Origin: Octopus sinensis
Taxonomy: Eukaryota
Direction: 5' to 3'
Length of the DNA: 64,000 nucleotides
NCBI RefSeq assembly: GCF_006345805.1
Contig: NC_043004.1
Span: 28,210,001 to 28,274,000 of the forward strand
The translations under genes were made by a program, and so were the position numbers. The notes under the pieces were generated by a model. That model did no database searches, was not told where the DNA came from, and was given only the letters and a program-made list of their open reading frames with translations. This document shows, one piece after another, positions 10,271 through 25,050 of the stretch (the stretch's first letter is position 1; each line of letters begins with the position of its first letter).

Positions 10271-12567
10271 AAGATATTTTGAACAGAGCTTTTCATTAAG
10301 GGAGTAAGTTCCCTTACTCTGTAAATTGTGTCTCTTTACTAGTGGTCGATACCGTGCTTCACTCGCTCTCTTAGATTCTACTGTGTCACGTTAACCTAAT
10401 ATGGGTTTCCTCTGATCCGACTTAACCTTGTATTGTGTCAAATGAAATCCGTTTATTATAATCCCGAACGTTATAAAAATCAGGTAAGAAAATAAGAGAA
10501 GTTAAAACATTATAGGGCAATATAGATCAGTACCACACAGGAACACAGAAAATTATGTGTCGGCCAGTAAATAATACAGTTTAGGTTAGGTACTGGAACA
10601 CAGAAAAAAAGATCGAAATATTTGTTGGCTATTGGTTTCTACAGAACGCATTATTTAAATATTATCGAATGCACTATTTACTAAGATCAGTTTAATGACA
10701 TCACTCCAACAGTTCACATATTGTTAGATCAACACCAGACATATGTGATTATTTTTCATTTTGATATTTTCATAATACTAAACACATTGTTAAGTATCTA
10801 AAACTAATAATGTAAAAATCATATAAATTTTAGTCCATACAAGACATTATGGCGATGGTAGCTTCAGTCAATGTCATAGAATATTGTCTGAAGAATAGTA
10901 AAGTTGTGAAAGCAGAATAAGCAAATTTGTTTTCTTTTAATTCATAAAAATAACCAATTTCCCCCTTTCGTACTATGATATATTTTCCCTCTCATACTAT
11001 GATATATTTATATAGCATATTGACTACGTTATTACAGTCTACGATATATTTACATAGCATATTATTTTATAACAATGATTTATTGCATGACATAACAAGC
11101 TCCGTTATAACATGCTATCATATTGTTACATTACATTGATAACATGCTATATTATAAAATGCTTTGTTCTTGTTACATAACATATTTGATTTATGACATA
11201 CCTTATTACACAGCATTGTATAGTTACATTACATTGATAATATGGTATGTTATGCGTTATAATATAAATTAAATAACGTTGATTTTAATGCTGTGATATA
11301 GTTGCATAAAATATTGATATATATATATATATATATATATATGATATGCTATATTATTAAAAACCTACGATACTATATTATAATGTTTTATAAATACTAT
11401 TATTATAATGTCATGGTGTAGTTACATAAAATATTGATGACATGGTATGTAATATGCTATGATATAGTTATATAACATGTTGAGTTGTAATATTTCACAG
11501 CACTATACTTTTGTGTGAATTAAAAAAATAAATTAAATTCAACCCAGTACTTGACTGATACGGATATTTATTGCTTATGGGAAGAATGTAACAAAGTGAA
11601 TCGAGGTAGAATTTGAACTCAGAATGTAAACTCACTTGATCAAGTGCCATATGTTGTCCGTCAGTCAATGATACATTTCTAACCGCCGTCTTGATGCTGC
11701 TTGCTAATGTCAGCAAAACACCTTTATGATGCTTAGAGCCTGTTTTGAAATTTTTGAGTCCCAATCAAAGATGTAATTCTTCATGTACACAAGAAGAATT
11801 TGTTGCTTTTAATAGGTACAAAATGTGAAATTCCCGCTTGTCTCATCTTAATTATGTCAGACAGTTGATTTGGGCTTTAAGAGTAATTTGAAACTGCCAT
11901 GTTTTCTACAGGGTTTACCAGGAGTCTTAGCACTATCTAGAAGCTAGTATAAGTTTAAAAAACTCGATCTAATATCTTCAGAGTTTTACAAATCAGTTAA
12001 CCTAACATCACAATTACAGTTGTCGATACAAGCTTTCTTTAATCAAATCTGCGGTTGTTATTTGGCTTATTGGCCTAGAATTCAGAGATCGAATGTTGTC
12101 AAGTTCCATTAAACCTTACTTCCTTTTCATAATCCATAAAACAAAATTCCACTCAAATGTTAGATAAAATAAGTGACCAGGACGCTTATTTTAAGATGTC
12201 AACTTTTGATTAATGACAGGTCATTTGATATATTATTTCCGGGTCATACACACGATGCTTTTCACAATGTGAATAAAAGCAAAATCAATAGATAAATAAA
12301 GGAATAACTAGATAAATAGATAAGATAGTAATCCTCTCAAATAAATTTTCGAAATCAGATATGGGTAGATTGACATTCTAGTTATAATTGTTTGTAGGTC
12401 AATTACTTAAAAAATAACGGAATTTATGATTACTAATTACTAATTAGAATGCAAAGCTATATTGTTGTTAGAAGATGACTGAAACGACAAAAGAAGCCAT
12501 GCCCAGATAAATTTTAATATCATCAGTATAGAGAGAAGACATTGTTGATATATATATATATATATAT

Positions 12568-12790
12568 CTTTTACTTGTTTTCAGCCATTAGACTGTAGCC
12601 GCGATGAGGCAACGCCGTGAAGAATATTTAATCGAATGAGTCGACCATAGTACATTTTTTAAAGCCTGGGACTTATTCTATGAGTATCTTTTGCCGAACC
12701 GCTATATTACGATGTCATAAACACACCAACACTGGTTGTCAAGCGTAGTGGGGGCCAAACGCAGACACAACCACACACACACACATATCA
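12568..12790 (-). mobile_element. SINE family B, 3' portion
   Basis: TTTTACTTGTTTCAG..GCCGAACCGCT..TGGTTGTCAAGC matches 13903-14100. Confidence 0.75.
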
Positions 12791-12796
12791 CACACA

Positions 12797-12841
<45 letters not shown>

Positions 12842-12919
12842 TATCTTGAAGAGTTCGACTGAACCGATGAAAGCGCTATAAAGAATTGTCCAAAATTCTG
12901 ATTGCCTCCTTCTTCTTAA

Positions 12920-12976
<57 letters not shown>

Positions 12977-13356
12977 CGCAGGCTTCTTTCAGTTTCCGTC
13001 TAAACTGTCGTATGTCCAAATTTGGCCAAATGCATTATTTTCAATATTTATTTTTACTTGTAATAGCCGTTTTTTGGGGTCGAACAATCGTATCTACAGC
13101 TACTTCAGATAATAAGATATCAAAGATTGTCAGTCTTGTACAACGGTTTTGCTATGGAATGTTGAAATTATTTTTTCGTTTTCTGAAAAAGTAACGTTTT
13201 GGACTTACGACACTTTTCCATAATAACAACGATATGTGTCTACGTGCACGTGCGCGCGCGCGCGTCTGCGTGTGTGTGTGCGTGTGAATGTGTAGCGTGA
13301 AAATATTGAGTTTAAGACCCATCGGTTATAAGTTTCTGACTTCGTTTATATATATA

Positions 13357-13402
<46 letters not shown>

Positions 13403-13902
13403 AGTCAACAAATTGCTTTGCACGAAATCATGTCTTTTACGTTTAAACCCCGCTAGAACCTAATATTATTTTACATTCACTAGTCATTAGATTAAAGTAT
13501 TAGGAAAGTGTAATAAGAAGCTGTCTCGACTAATAAACATTTGCATGTTACGAATCAATTAATAAAATGTTATATAAGGACGGCGTGTCTTGTGGTTGAC
13601 TGGGTCCTTATACATTCTGAGATGAAACCCCTGAAAAGAAGGATCTTCTACTTCATTCTTTCTTTTTCGATGAAAAAGAAAATGTATCGGATGAAATATT
13701 TCAGCTGAATTTTAATTACAGGATTAAACACATTTCAAAATTGAATAACCATTGAATAACCAGTGAGACTTGAAGCAGAAATTTCGAGAGACTCAATTGC
13801 CGTTCCTCTATTTTCTAAAACAAAGAAGAAAGAGAAAAACAACGTAAACTATATTTTTTTAATGAATAATTATCAACAATAGCATGTATATACATTTTAC
13901 AT

Positions 13903-14299
13903 TTTACTTGTTTCAGTCATTTGACTGCGGCTATGCTGGAGTACCGCTTTTAGTCGAGCAAATCGACCCCGGGACTTATTCTTTGTTAGCACAGTACTTA
14001 TTCTATCGGTCTCTTTTGCCGAACCGCTAAGTGAAGGGGACGTAAACACACCAGCATCGGTTGTCAAGCAATGCTAGGGGGACAAACACAGACACACAAA
14101 CACACACATACATATATATATTTATACATATATACGACAGGCTTCTTTCAGTTTCCGTCTACCAAATCCACTCACAAGGCATTGGTCGACCCGGGGCTAT
14201 AGCAGAAGACACTTGCCCAAGGTGCCATGCAGTGGGACTGAACCCGGAACCATGTGGTTGGTTAGCAAGCTACTTACCACACAGCCACTCCTGCGCCTA
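13903..14299 (-). mobile_element. SINE family B, full length (tRNA-like head, internal CA/TA microsatellite)
   Basis: Minus-strand head AGGCGCAGGAGTGGCTGTGTGGTAAG..CCGGGTTCAGTCCC then CCTTGGGCAAG. Same body at 29975, 30722 and 49505. Confidence 0.88.
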
Positions 14300-17219
14300 T
14301 ATGTGTATGTGTGCGTAGAAACGTGGATTCACCACTGCCCTAGTTCTTTTGTTCATAAGACCTTCGCTCTCAATAAGTATCAGTCTAAGAATATCAATGG
14401 CATGCTAAGTACTTATGCATTCAATTAATGAATGAATGTCTGTTTAACTGTAATCCAGTATTTCACAGGCCCAGTATACTTATATATTTACATGCATAGA
14501 CAATAATGTGTGTATATATACACGTGCGTGGTGTGTGGAGTATATTTATATATATATATATATATAAATATATACATACACACATATACATAAACGCATG
14601 TGCACACACACACACTCACATACAAACATACACACACACATATATATATATAAACACACATATATTTATAAATATAACAGTTACTTCACGATTGTCTAAT
14701 ATATAATCACTTAGGAAGAGACGAAGGAAAGTAGAGATTAGTTTTATTATATATCAGCGAGAAATGACATTTTGGACATGTGGAAAATAAGTTCAAAGAT
14801 ATCTACTGTGGAAAGATAAAATTTAATTACAAAATATTTGCTCTTTAAGATGGTGAGGGGGTTCAGAGTCGGTCAACGTTGTTATATATAACAAGTACTC
14901 ATTTCTACTACCCCGAAAGACAAAGTGAACCTCAGCGAGATTTGAACTGAGAATGAAAGGGAATTTGAATATCAGCACAAATTTTATTCCAATGCCCCAC
15001 TGATTCTGTCATCCACCACCCTTCAATATACCAACATTATTATTATATTTCAAATTTTAGACATCACAGCAAAGTTTTCTTGCATCAGTTTTCCACATTT
15101 TGAATTAATAAAAATGTAAATTTATTTAATAAAACTATCAATAATCATTGTGAATGGGTTGCAAAACTGATGTCGCTGATGAAGCTAAGTTACATAACGA
15201 CTGATTATCGATTTATTAATTCCATGTTAAAAGAGAAATTTAGAATTCCATACAATTTAGTGTAAATTATAATGACGAGTTGTCACATCCATCAGTTACA
15301 AAGCTTTATAAAACAACATCCGTCAATTAAAACCAACTGCAGCTGACAAGGGGAGGTGAACAAACCTGGATGAATTATTAAGTAGCAATGGTCATTTTTC
15401 ATTTCTCTTCCCCTGATGCTGAAAAGACCCTTGTTGACTTAATTTCGCAGCGAGACTAATAATATTCATTGTTACGATTTCGTATATTTATCTATTTACA
15501 ACCCACGCTCTATTGTTTTTGCTTTTTTTTTTATAGATAACTAATACATCATGTGAAGAGATCAGGCAGCGGTTTCCTCCAAATTCCGATATAATATATG
15601 TAATAATTGTATTTAGCCATTCAAAAGCGAGCTACCTGTATGTTATGATTAGTAATACAACTAGATTTCGTTGTAATTGGTTTATAGTATATATGTTTAT
15701 CTTATATGAAACAGAAATGAGAACATATTACGTGAAAAACTTTCAACGTCATTTGCCAGCGAGTGTGGCTGTTAGGTGTCTGTCTACACAGTCACCAGTA
15801 AATATAGAAAATCTCTGCTACTCCTCGACGCAGTGCGACATCGAGGATTGACAGCTGGCAAGACAAAGGACTGCAGTAGAACAAGACGGATACTCATTTT
15901 CCGATGAGTAGTGTGGAGCGGTTCAGGAATCTAACCCAAAACCTCACGATCATGAGCATACTAGGAACACCATGTTTAACAGAACATTTTTGATATAAAT
16001 ATAACATATTTAGTACACGAAATAATGGAATATGTTTTAATGTTTTATATTTAAAATATCCAAGTATGTTAACGTACATCATATATTATGCTTAATATCG
16101 TTAATATACATAGGCTAGTGCAATTTCTAAAATGAGGTCATTTAATAAAACTACATTTAATTTTCATTTTAAAATGGTATCAAGAATTAGGATAGTAATG
16201 TTTGATGTCCATTTTGAAGTCAGTACTTTACACATATGTATGTACGAAGTATAAAATTACTTTAAGCTACTTAGAGACGGATAAAGAGATGCGTAAGTTG
16301 AAAACTTTTAATTAAGATTTTAAATTTTACTATGTCACGCAGGTTTAGATACATTAACAAAAAGATACATTAAAAAAAAGAAAATTACATATTTCGTTTT
16401 ATTAGCCGAAGAAATTCCAAACATTTTTCTCTCATTTGTGAGATAAATCATAAAAAAAAAAATTGCTTTTTGTCAAATAACTTGTCTCTGTCAATGGCAA
16501 AGTGTTATGAGTGGTTCGTTGTGTGGTTCTGGTAGCGTCAGCGACTTCTGGCTCTGGTGCTTATTAGTATATAAATATATAAATATTTTTTAATTCCCAG
16601 TAGACGACAGGAATTTAGTTCACCAACCTATATGACAACAGATACTCACCTAAGGGGGTCAAACAACGCACTTTCCCAAACTATTTATATTATCCCACTC
16701 TTCTCATAAAATAAAGAAGTTATTTTCTTAAACGGAATCTTATACCGTTTAACACAAGCTCCAATCTCTACATTTAGCAACATTTATCATGTAATTGATA
16801 TTGCAAGTTCATCAAATGGAAGCGAAGGCTAAATTATTTCTACAAGATCAGTAAAAGTCAGTTGTTTTGCTTTGGATGTTGTGAATTGACTCTAAATCTG
16901 TCTCTTTGGCATTGTGCCTTATTGTAATATTACGTTCGTGCTGGCACCAAATCTGCAATATTCTCCCTACGCTTAAAATTTATAGTTATTTTAATCATAC
17001 GTTATAAACCGGCTTCCTTTTTATTTTTATTTTCATATTTTTAGAGAGATATTTTATCTGAGAGAGTTGAAAGATTGTATTCTGATAGAGACATATTAAC
17101 TATTTCTTAACAATAATATCTACTCCATTGTCTAATTTTATTGTGTGGTTTTATTCATTTTTGTAAAATAACAACATTTCACTACATATACTTTATTGAT
17201 ATATTGTCATCATACTTTC

Positions 17220-17520
17220 ACTATCTCTCTCTCTCTCTTCTCTCACTCACTCTCTCTCACTTCACTCACTCTCTCTCTTTCTCACTCTCTCTCTCTCTTC
17301 TCTCACTCTCTCTCTCTTCTCTCACTCTTTTTTCTCTCACTCTCTCTTCTTTCACTCTCTTTCTTCTCTCACTCTCTCTCTTTTCTCTCTCTCTCTCTCT
17401 CTTTGTCTCTTCTCTCACTCTCTCTCTCTCTTATTTCCGTCTCTTTTGTTTCGTTTCTTTCTTCCTTTCTTCTATCCGCTCTACAACTTCCTCCTCTCCT
17501 CTCACTTTCTCAATCTAGTG
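17220..17520. repeat. Higher-order (CT)n / CTCACT pyrimidine-rich array
   Basis: Repeated CTCTCTCTCTTCTCTCACT-like units. Confidence 0.9.
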
Positions 17521-18099
17521 CACCCTTTATTTCATATATTTAAAATGATAGCATATAATTTGGAGGAGATTTGGCTGTTGTTTGTAGCAGGTTGAATGAA
17601 TACCTAAAGCCCCTTCCCCCGTTATCTCATGACTTGAACTTATATATATTTATCTCAGCTGTACTCAGATTAGACAAATATTTCATAGCTCTTGATAGTT
17701 TTCTTCTCTTAAGCTGCTAAGGAATCTTATGAAATAACATGCCAAACTGACGAGGAATTCTGTACGATACTACATACCAGAACATCGAGGAACGCTAATA
17801 ATACTAGACTTAAATTCAAAGAAACAGCATGCAAATAGAAATACTGTGTCATACAGTATTCCTACGAGAAGTGTTTTATTATAAACACTGTACCCCTGCA
17901 TGACCGCATTCGATTAACTGAAACCAGTAAAAGCAAAACACGACATATAGTGCTGATATGTCATGCAGTATATGAACTATACATATCATAGAATAGAGAA
18001 ATATGAGTAGAAGATTAATCATTATATTCTTGTCCGTGATTAACACACGAAGGTATTTAGAATCTAAATATACATGTATCCGTTTTGGAAAGTTATATA

Positions 18100-18314
18100 T
18101 TGGTTTTAAATTATGGCACAAGGCCAGCAATTTCGGTGGGTGGGGCAAGTCGATTACAGCCATCCCAGTGCTCATCTAACACTTATTTTATTGACCCCAA
18201 GAGATAAAAGACAAAGTCGACCTCGGCGAAATTTGAACTCCGAACGTTAAGTCGAACGAAAGGCTGCTAAGCATTTAACCCAGCCTGCTATCGATTCTGC
18301 CAGCTCACTGCCTT
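18100..18314 (-). mobile_element. SINE family A
   Basis: GGCACAAGGCCAGCAATTT..AAAGTCGACCTCGGCGAAATTTGAACTC..TTCTGCCAGCTCAC. Confidence 0.85.
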
Positions 18315-21300
18315 ACTTTTGGGCACTTATATATTAGCAAAAGTAACTTGTAATAATACGGAATTCCATGCGACATTTCTCCCGTTACGGTACTCGTAAC
18401 GGTACTCGTCCGCTCTGAGATGGTATTCCTTACATACCTTCTCATACGATAGAGCCATCATATGTAACATGGTGCCCAAGTGATATAGTGTTTATTACGG
18501 TTATTGCTCTAATAGGATACAGCAAAAAATGCAACACAGCACCCATCGTGCTTATATCACACACGAAATACTTGTAACATGACACCTTCTGTGACTTAAT
18601 GTTCATTCTAATGGAACAAAACAAACAATTTTTGTAACACGCCACCCACTGTGACATGGAATTTGCTATAGTGCTTCCGTCAATATCATACAGCAAATAC
18701 CGTGAGAAAAGCTATCACGTTTTTATTCGGTTGAAATTTGATAAATCACTTCAAGAATCTCAATTAATTTTTCACTAATCGCTTGAACAGACAAGTAAGT
18801 AATTTCAAACGTAACTGGATAAAGAACCACTTAAAAACACATTATCTGAAGCTGTGAGACATTTCAAAACCGATTTTACTCTGGGAGAGTGAAATTATGG
18901 CATTTAAAAGAAAGAAGGAACTCTACCTTGCAAGTATCACGAATGGGAGAAATTAACTAAATTTTAGATTTGTTTGACGCATTCGTTCAAGGACAAATGA
19001 AGGAATAAAAGTTATTTGTGAGTTGATGAAGAAAATCATTCTAGAATACTCTCAGTTTGGGATTTATGAGTTCAAAACATTTGCAAGTATTCCTAGAGTT
19101 CTGTATCTGAGCAGGAAACACACTTTATATTGCTTCCCTACACCTATCAGTGGGAGAGAGTTACTAGGTTTTCTGGGGAAATAGTGGTCTCTACTTAGTT
19201 GGCTAATGGAAATGAAACGAAAGGAGGTAAAAATAATCAGAAAATCTTTCGTAACATTTAATATGAATGAAACTTTCGTGAATTACTGTTCTTTATTGCC
19301 GTGTGATTTGGTTGTAAACTTATTAACTTAGCAGCTTCATGATTAATTCAAATAAAACTGTTTTATTTAATCTTTTAAACCTCCTCTGTGTTTTCAATAA
19401 AGTAGTTAAAAACAACACGACAATATTAAAGACACTAGTCTTGAAAATGGAATATATATGTAAGTCCATTCACGAAATTTTAAAAAAACTTTTTGTTATA
19501 TCGACAATTGATTTCTTTCTGTTTAGAAGTATTTCCTTATGATATATTACATAAAAAGCTAATCATTTCGATTTCGTCTTATTTTCATTCGTGTCTACTT
19601 TTAACAGTTCATGAAGTGTTTCAATGACGAATTCTGCTCAGGTAAATACGGTCATTTTTTCAGATAATTTGGTATGAAAAGAACTGAATTAGTCACAGCA
19701 AGTCTGAAACCTCGTTAGTTCCAGAGCTGACAATGCATAGGGAGATGAATGTTAATATGGGAATGTCATTTAATCCCAAGCCATCGCTAATACAGTAGAA
19801 TTATGATCAAAGACAATCCAAATATGACCATCGCATCTTATTTGCAAGTAAAGTGAATTGACGTTCACCTTATCCAATGGCTGTTCCCATTTACCAGAGA
19901 GTAGGTGTAATTCGAAAGAAATATGGCTGCTGTGTTCAGCAAATGAAGCAACTATGATAAGGTGAATTTGTCTGTTGAGAGCTAAGCGTCTAGGCTTTGG
20001 GTATAATACACTATAAGTTACGAACCCAAAATCTCTCTGTTAGTTATACGTTCATCGTCCTCACATCTATCTGTAAATTCGTCCTTATAGCACAAGAATA
20101 GAATTAACTCAAAGTGCATCGTTCACGTGTTTTCTCAAATCTTTGGTGGTTCAGACCAGTAATATGAGATGAGAACTGAAATTACGCTGCGTTGTACAAT
20201 TGCACAGGCCATTAAGAAAGCAAGTACTGCTTTTATTTGACAAGACATAATGCTATATGAGGGGACACGAGCTGTTGTGACAATCATTCATGTACTTCTC
20301 AAAACATTAGCAGCGTACATTAAGTTAAATGACTTAAAACTACTTCGCACTGTCAGTTTTCCAGTCGCTTGTCTCATTGTCAACACCCGTAAACGTCAAC
20401 ATAAAATTAAATTTGATTTCTTTTTCCAGGAGTGTTCACCACAGGAATGAACTGAAATAGTTTTAACTTGGAATCGTAGCAACATCTCAGATCATACACG
20501 CCAGAAGCTTATCATTAGCTTCACACCCAATTTAAAAGTGCCGTTTATTTTTATTCTTTTTTGAAATATTGTGTTCGTTACCATTTTCTGATAAATTCGA
20601 TTATAAATGCGCTATAAATTCAAGATTAATGAGGTTGTCATTAGCTATTGAGCTTATAATAGACTTCCAGCGTAACTGTTTCTTATTGAGCTTTTAGAAG
20701 AATTTATGTGTTTTTGCTTATCATATTAAACTACCGGCTTCATATCTTGTACACGAATTCATCCCTTTTATTTGATAGCATTGCATAAAGCTTCAAAATG
20801 CTAGAAACTGTTCGCAATGGAAAGAAATCTCTGTTTTATTATTTTTTTTCCACTAATTTTAGTTACATCCCAAATGAAATTCTACTTAGCACCTATTTAT
20901 GCAATAATGGTAAAACACGTATTTGTACTAAGCCATTTAAATTACATATGAAACTACTTGGTGTTGCCAATGTTTCCACAGCATTTTCACAGTCCAGTGG
21001 TTGAAACCAGTAAAGGTTTAAAAGATAACCATTAAAAAAATTATTTGTACGTCTCCTTTACAAAAAGCAGGCTTATAATAAACCAACGGAAATCTATATT
21101 TTTACTTCATAGTGTAGTTTCAAGTGAGATAATTCCTGAATGTTAGGTGATTTGACTCAATCAATTGGTTTTGATTTGTGGTTCCCTCTCCTCTGCATCA
21201 CTTTCAACAGGAATTCGTATGAAAAATACTTGCAACCTACATCGTCGCATATTCTCTCCATGAAAGACATACATATACGTATGTAAGAAACTGGTACATA

Positions 21301-22109
21301 ATGGTTGAATATGTCTATGTATTCTGGTTTCTAATTTCGTAAATATCAACATTACTTTTCGCCTCATAATAAATAAGTATCAGTTATATATTCTAAAATT
21401 TCCGATTGTTTCCTCAAATGCGGAAGGACAGCGGTCATGATAGTTTTCACGGTCATCCAGGCGGGTGGGGGAAGGGGAGGAAAGTCATCCGCAGCCTCGA
21501 AAGTCTTTTGAAACAAGGTGATCCTCTGGGTGTCTAATAACCCTCAGCAGCCAGGTGACGGTGATATTAAGCTAAGCTAGGAATTAACTCTAGTAGAGTT
21601 AATCAACTATTTCAACAATACCTCTTCATCAAGAAGTACGGCAGGACGCAAAATCATAAGAAATATGATTTCTGAGAGAATCAAGTACATGAGTACATAC
21701 GTAGAAGGTATATATAACTACACGAGTATATACATAGAATATCGATAGAACTACACATTTCGTTAGCATTCAAATGCTTTCTTCCCAGTTAGCAATTTGG
21801 CACTCCCGTTTCAATATTGCACCAAGGAGGGACTTTAGTGAAAAACGTGCCACTTCTTGGGAAGCGATGGGCCAGATTAATACAATATAAAGGAAAGTAA
21901 ACTACAATCTTTGATAACATCGAGGCGAGGTCATTGCTAATAATATCCACCAAACTTGTGCTGAATTGTTCATGGATTTTTATAATCAAACATTTTTGTA
22001 TACTTTATCCTTACAATACAAATCAGAACTTCGCGTGAGCCAATGTTTAATGTTTACAAGTAAGCAGATATAATACATACATACATGCATACATACACAC
22101 ATATATATA

Positions 22110-22148
<39 letters not shown>

Positions 22149-22269
22149 CGGTGTCTATATGTATGTATGTATGCATGTATGTATGTATGTATGTATGTAT
22201 GTATGTATGTATGTATGTATGTATGCATGCATGTATGTATGTATGTATGTATGTATGCATGCATGTATG

Positions 22270-22301
<32 letters not shown>

Positions 22302-22385
22302 CATGCATGTATGTATGTATGTATGTATGTATGCATGCATGTATGTATATATGTATGTATGTATGTATGTGTGTGTGTGTGTGTA
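22110..22385. repeat. (TG)/(GA)/(TATG)n compound microsatellite
   Basis: Direct inspection; source of the YVCM/HTYI ORFs. Confidence 0.95.
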
Positions 22386-22468
22386 TGAATACATGCCGGT
22401 TTGTATGTTTTGTTCTACGTATGTATTCTCATGCATATAGTTGCATATCTAGACATGTTCATATATAC

Positions 22469-22960
22469 TTAAACGATGAACTTCTGGAAAGTTTTACAGA
22501 CTTTTCAGTTTCAGTGATTACTTGGATCTATAGTTTTCGAATCAGCTTTCTCCTTTCTGGTATTGAGAAGTCTAATTTCTCAAGATTAGTATTTAGGCAG
22601 TGTGTTACATATCTCAGTGCCCCAATAATTACAGGTATAAACCTGAACTTGTAATTTGCATAGAGAAACTGCAGATTCCTCAATAGTCCAGCGTAGGTAT
22701 TGTCTTTTTCATTGATCTTCAGTTTTACGTCAGCATCCGCTAGGCTGCTAATTTTCACAACAGCCTCAGTATGCAAACTTGGTGAAGGGATGCATTTCGA
22801 TACTTGGTGATTAAAAGATGTTGCCGAAGAGATATGATAAGACATTCAAAGGTATTTTGGATCGCTGCTAAGCCTCTGCCGTATTGTTTTCGCTTTAGGT
22901 AGACGCGGTTTCGCCTATAAATAGTAGCCTGTCGACGGACAGGCAAAATCCATACCATGT
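22469..22960 (-). mobile_element. R4/Dong-type non-LTR retrotransposon 3' fragment (RT tail fused to restriction-like endonuclease end)
   Basis: RVYLKRKQYGRGL (RLYLPRKxGGRGL-like), then VVKISSLADADVKLKINEKDNTY..FIPVIIGALRYV..LIRKL and FQKFIV*. Frameshifts and a large internal deletion. Confidence 0.82.
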
Positions 22961-23843
22961 GTGTATTCGATTTTGTGATTGTGTTTATATATACATACAT
23001 GGGAGAGGAGTGGGGAGAAGTTCCTGGCATGTTCACTGTTACCATAAGTGTGTGAATCTGAGAGAAATATATTGAATAAAATCATAATTAACTGATCCTC
23101 CTGTATTTTGTTTTACCCAGAGCCAGGAACTTCTCAGCAAACCTCGTATATATATATATTATATATATATATTATATATATATATATATATATAATCTCT
23201 CTCCCTCTTTCTCTCTCTCTCTTTCTTTGTGAGTGTGTGTGTGTGTGTGTCAGTGTTACATTGCGGAAATTTGTATTAAAGATATCGATTTTGCGTCTAT
23301 AGAATGAATCACATATCAAGTACATATTGGTAAGACATAGATGTAGGTTTCTGTTATGTAGATGTGTTGAAGAGCTCGCTGAAAGATTCATCTATACTCG
23401 AAATTGTCTTTCGTTTGCAAGTTTCAGAGAGGTTAACACATGATCGTTCTTGTTATCATACACAGTAGCCCACATTTCTTTCTGTGTATTTGATATGTTG
23501 ACTGTGACACAAATCTCACAATTCTATTTACAAATGGATAATTATTCAGGAGATTTTTTTTTTTAAATCTCAGTTATTTCAATACTAGATGTGGTATCTA
23601 CCAGTATTGCATTGATAAACCTTACGTTTAGTCAATATACTATCATTAGCTACGTTATGATTTTCTCCAGTTGCACTCTTTGTTACGATACAAAGCCTAA
23701 ATTGTGTCCGTTATCATTCTTTAGTATATTTTGCAACCTTTCCTTGCTTCTTTTATACAATCTATCTTTTTGTGTGTAACTGAAAAACCTGGTAACTGCA
23801 CACACAAACACAAATATACTCTCTCTCTGTCTCTGTCTCTGTG

Positions 23844-23883
<40 letters not shown>

Positions 23884-24262
23884 TCATCGTCGCTCACACG
23901 ATTCTAGTTATTAGTTACCCGCTTTGTAAAGAGTTGTCATGCGTCCAATAATCTGTCAGTTATTCCGCCAACTTAGAAAACACAGACCAAATAGATTGCT
24001 ACTAGATTGCATATAACTACAGCCTGTTGGTGCAATCTGTAAGTCAAAAGTTATTTTTAAACTGTCGTATCGATCAAATTGAATCATATAACATTTCGCC
24101 GAAATGGACTGAATTTGAATTCCAAGTGTTTTTCTCTCTCTATTTTTCTTCCTTTCGCTTTATAACCACTATATTTTTCTCGGTCATTCTACCACTTTCG
24201 CTTTCTCTCTCACTTTCTTTTTCTCTCTGTCTTTTCCATCTTTTCCTCTCCATTTTTGTCCT

Positions 24263-24320
<58 letters not shown>

Positions 24321-24530
24321 ACGCACAATCACACACAAACGCACAGTAATGTCTCTCTTCGTTATTTCTCCTCTTTTTATGTTCTGGTATATTCTCTCTT
24401 TCCTTCATCAATAGAGTGTTAGCTATGACAGACATAGTTATATATAGACAGATAATAGACCTATAGAAAATTAAATAAATTAATCGATATCGTTTCAGAT
24501 GTATATATATATATATATATATATACATAT

Positions 24531-24595
<65 letters not shown>

Positions 24596-24754
24596 CATAT
24601 ATATACATACATATATATATCTATATATACATACAAACATAAATATATATATGTGTGTGTGTGTGTATATACACACATACACTCGCATAAAAACATGCCT
24701 TGATATACTTGCACGTTTATATTTGTACATATGTATATATGTACATATAGGATA

Positions 24755-24770
24755 GGTAAATAGATAGATG

Positions 24771-24825
<55 letters not shown>

Positions 24826-24826
24826 G

Positions 24827-24909
<83 letters not shown>

Positions 24910-24957
24910 CGATAGATAGATAGATAGATAGATGGATGGATAGATAGATAGACAGAC

Positions 24958-25047
<90 letters not shown>

Positions 25048-25050
25048 GTC
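24755..25050. repeat. (GATA)n tetranucleotide array, ~290 bp
   Basis: Direct inspection. Confidence 0.97.

Noticed and set aside
10375-10483. Plus-strand exon with good acceptor and CAG|gtaaga donor
   Set aside because: Stops in all three frames; at most a non-coding exon, with no other support.
13245-13285. (CG)n / alternating purine-pyrimidine Z-DNA tract
   Set aside because: Such tracts are part of the ubiquitous (CA/TG) microsatellites here and nothing is locus-specific.
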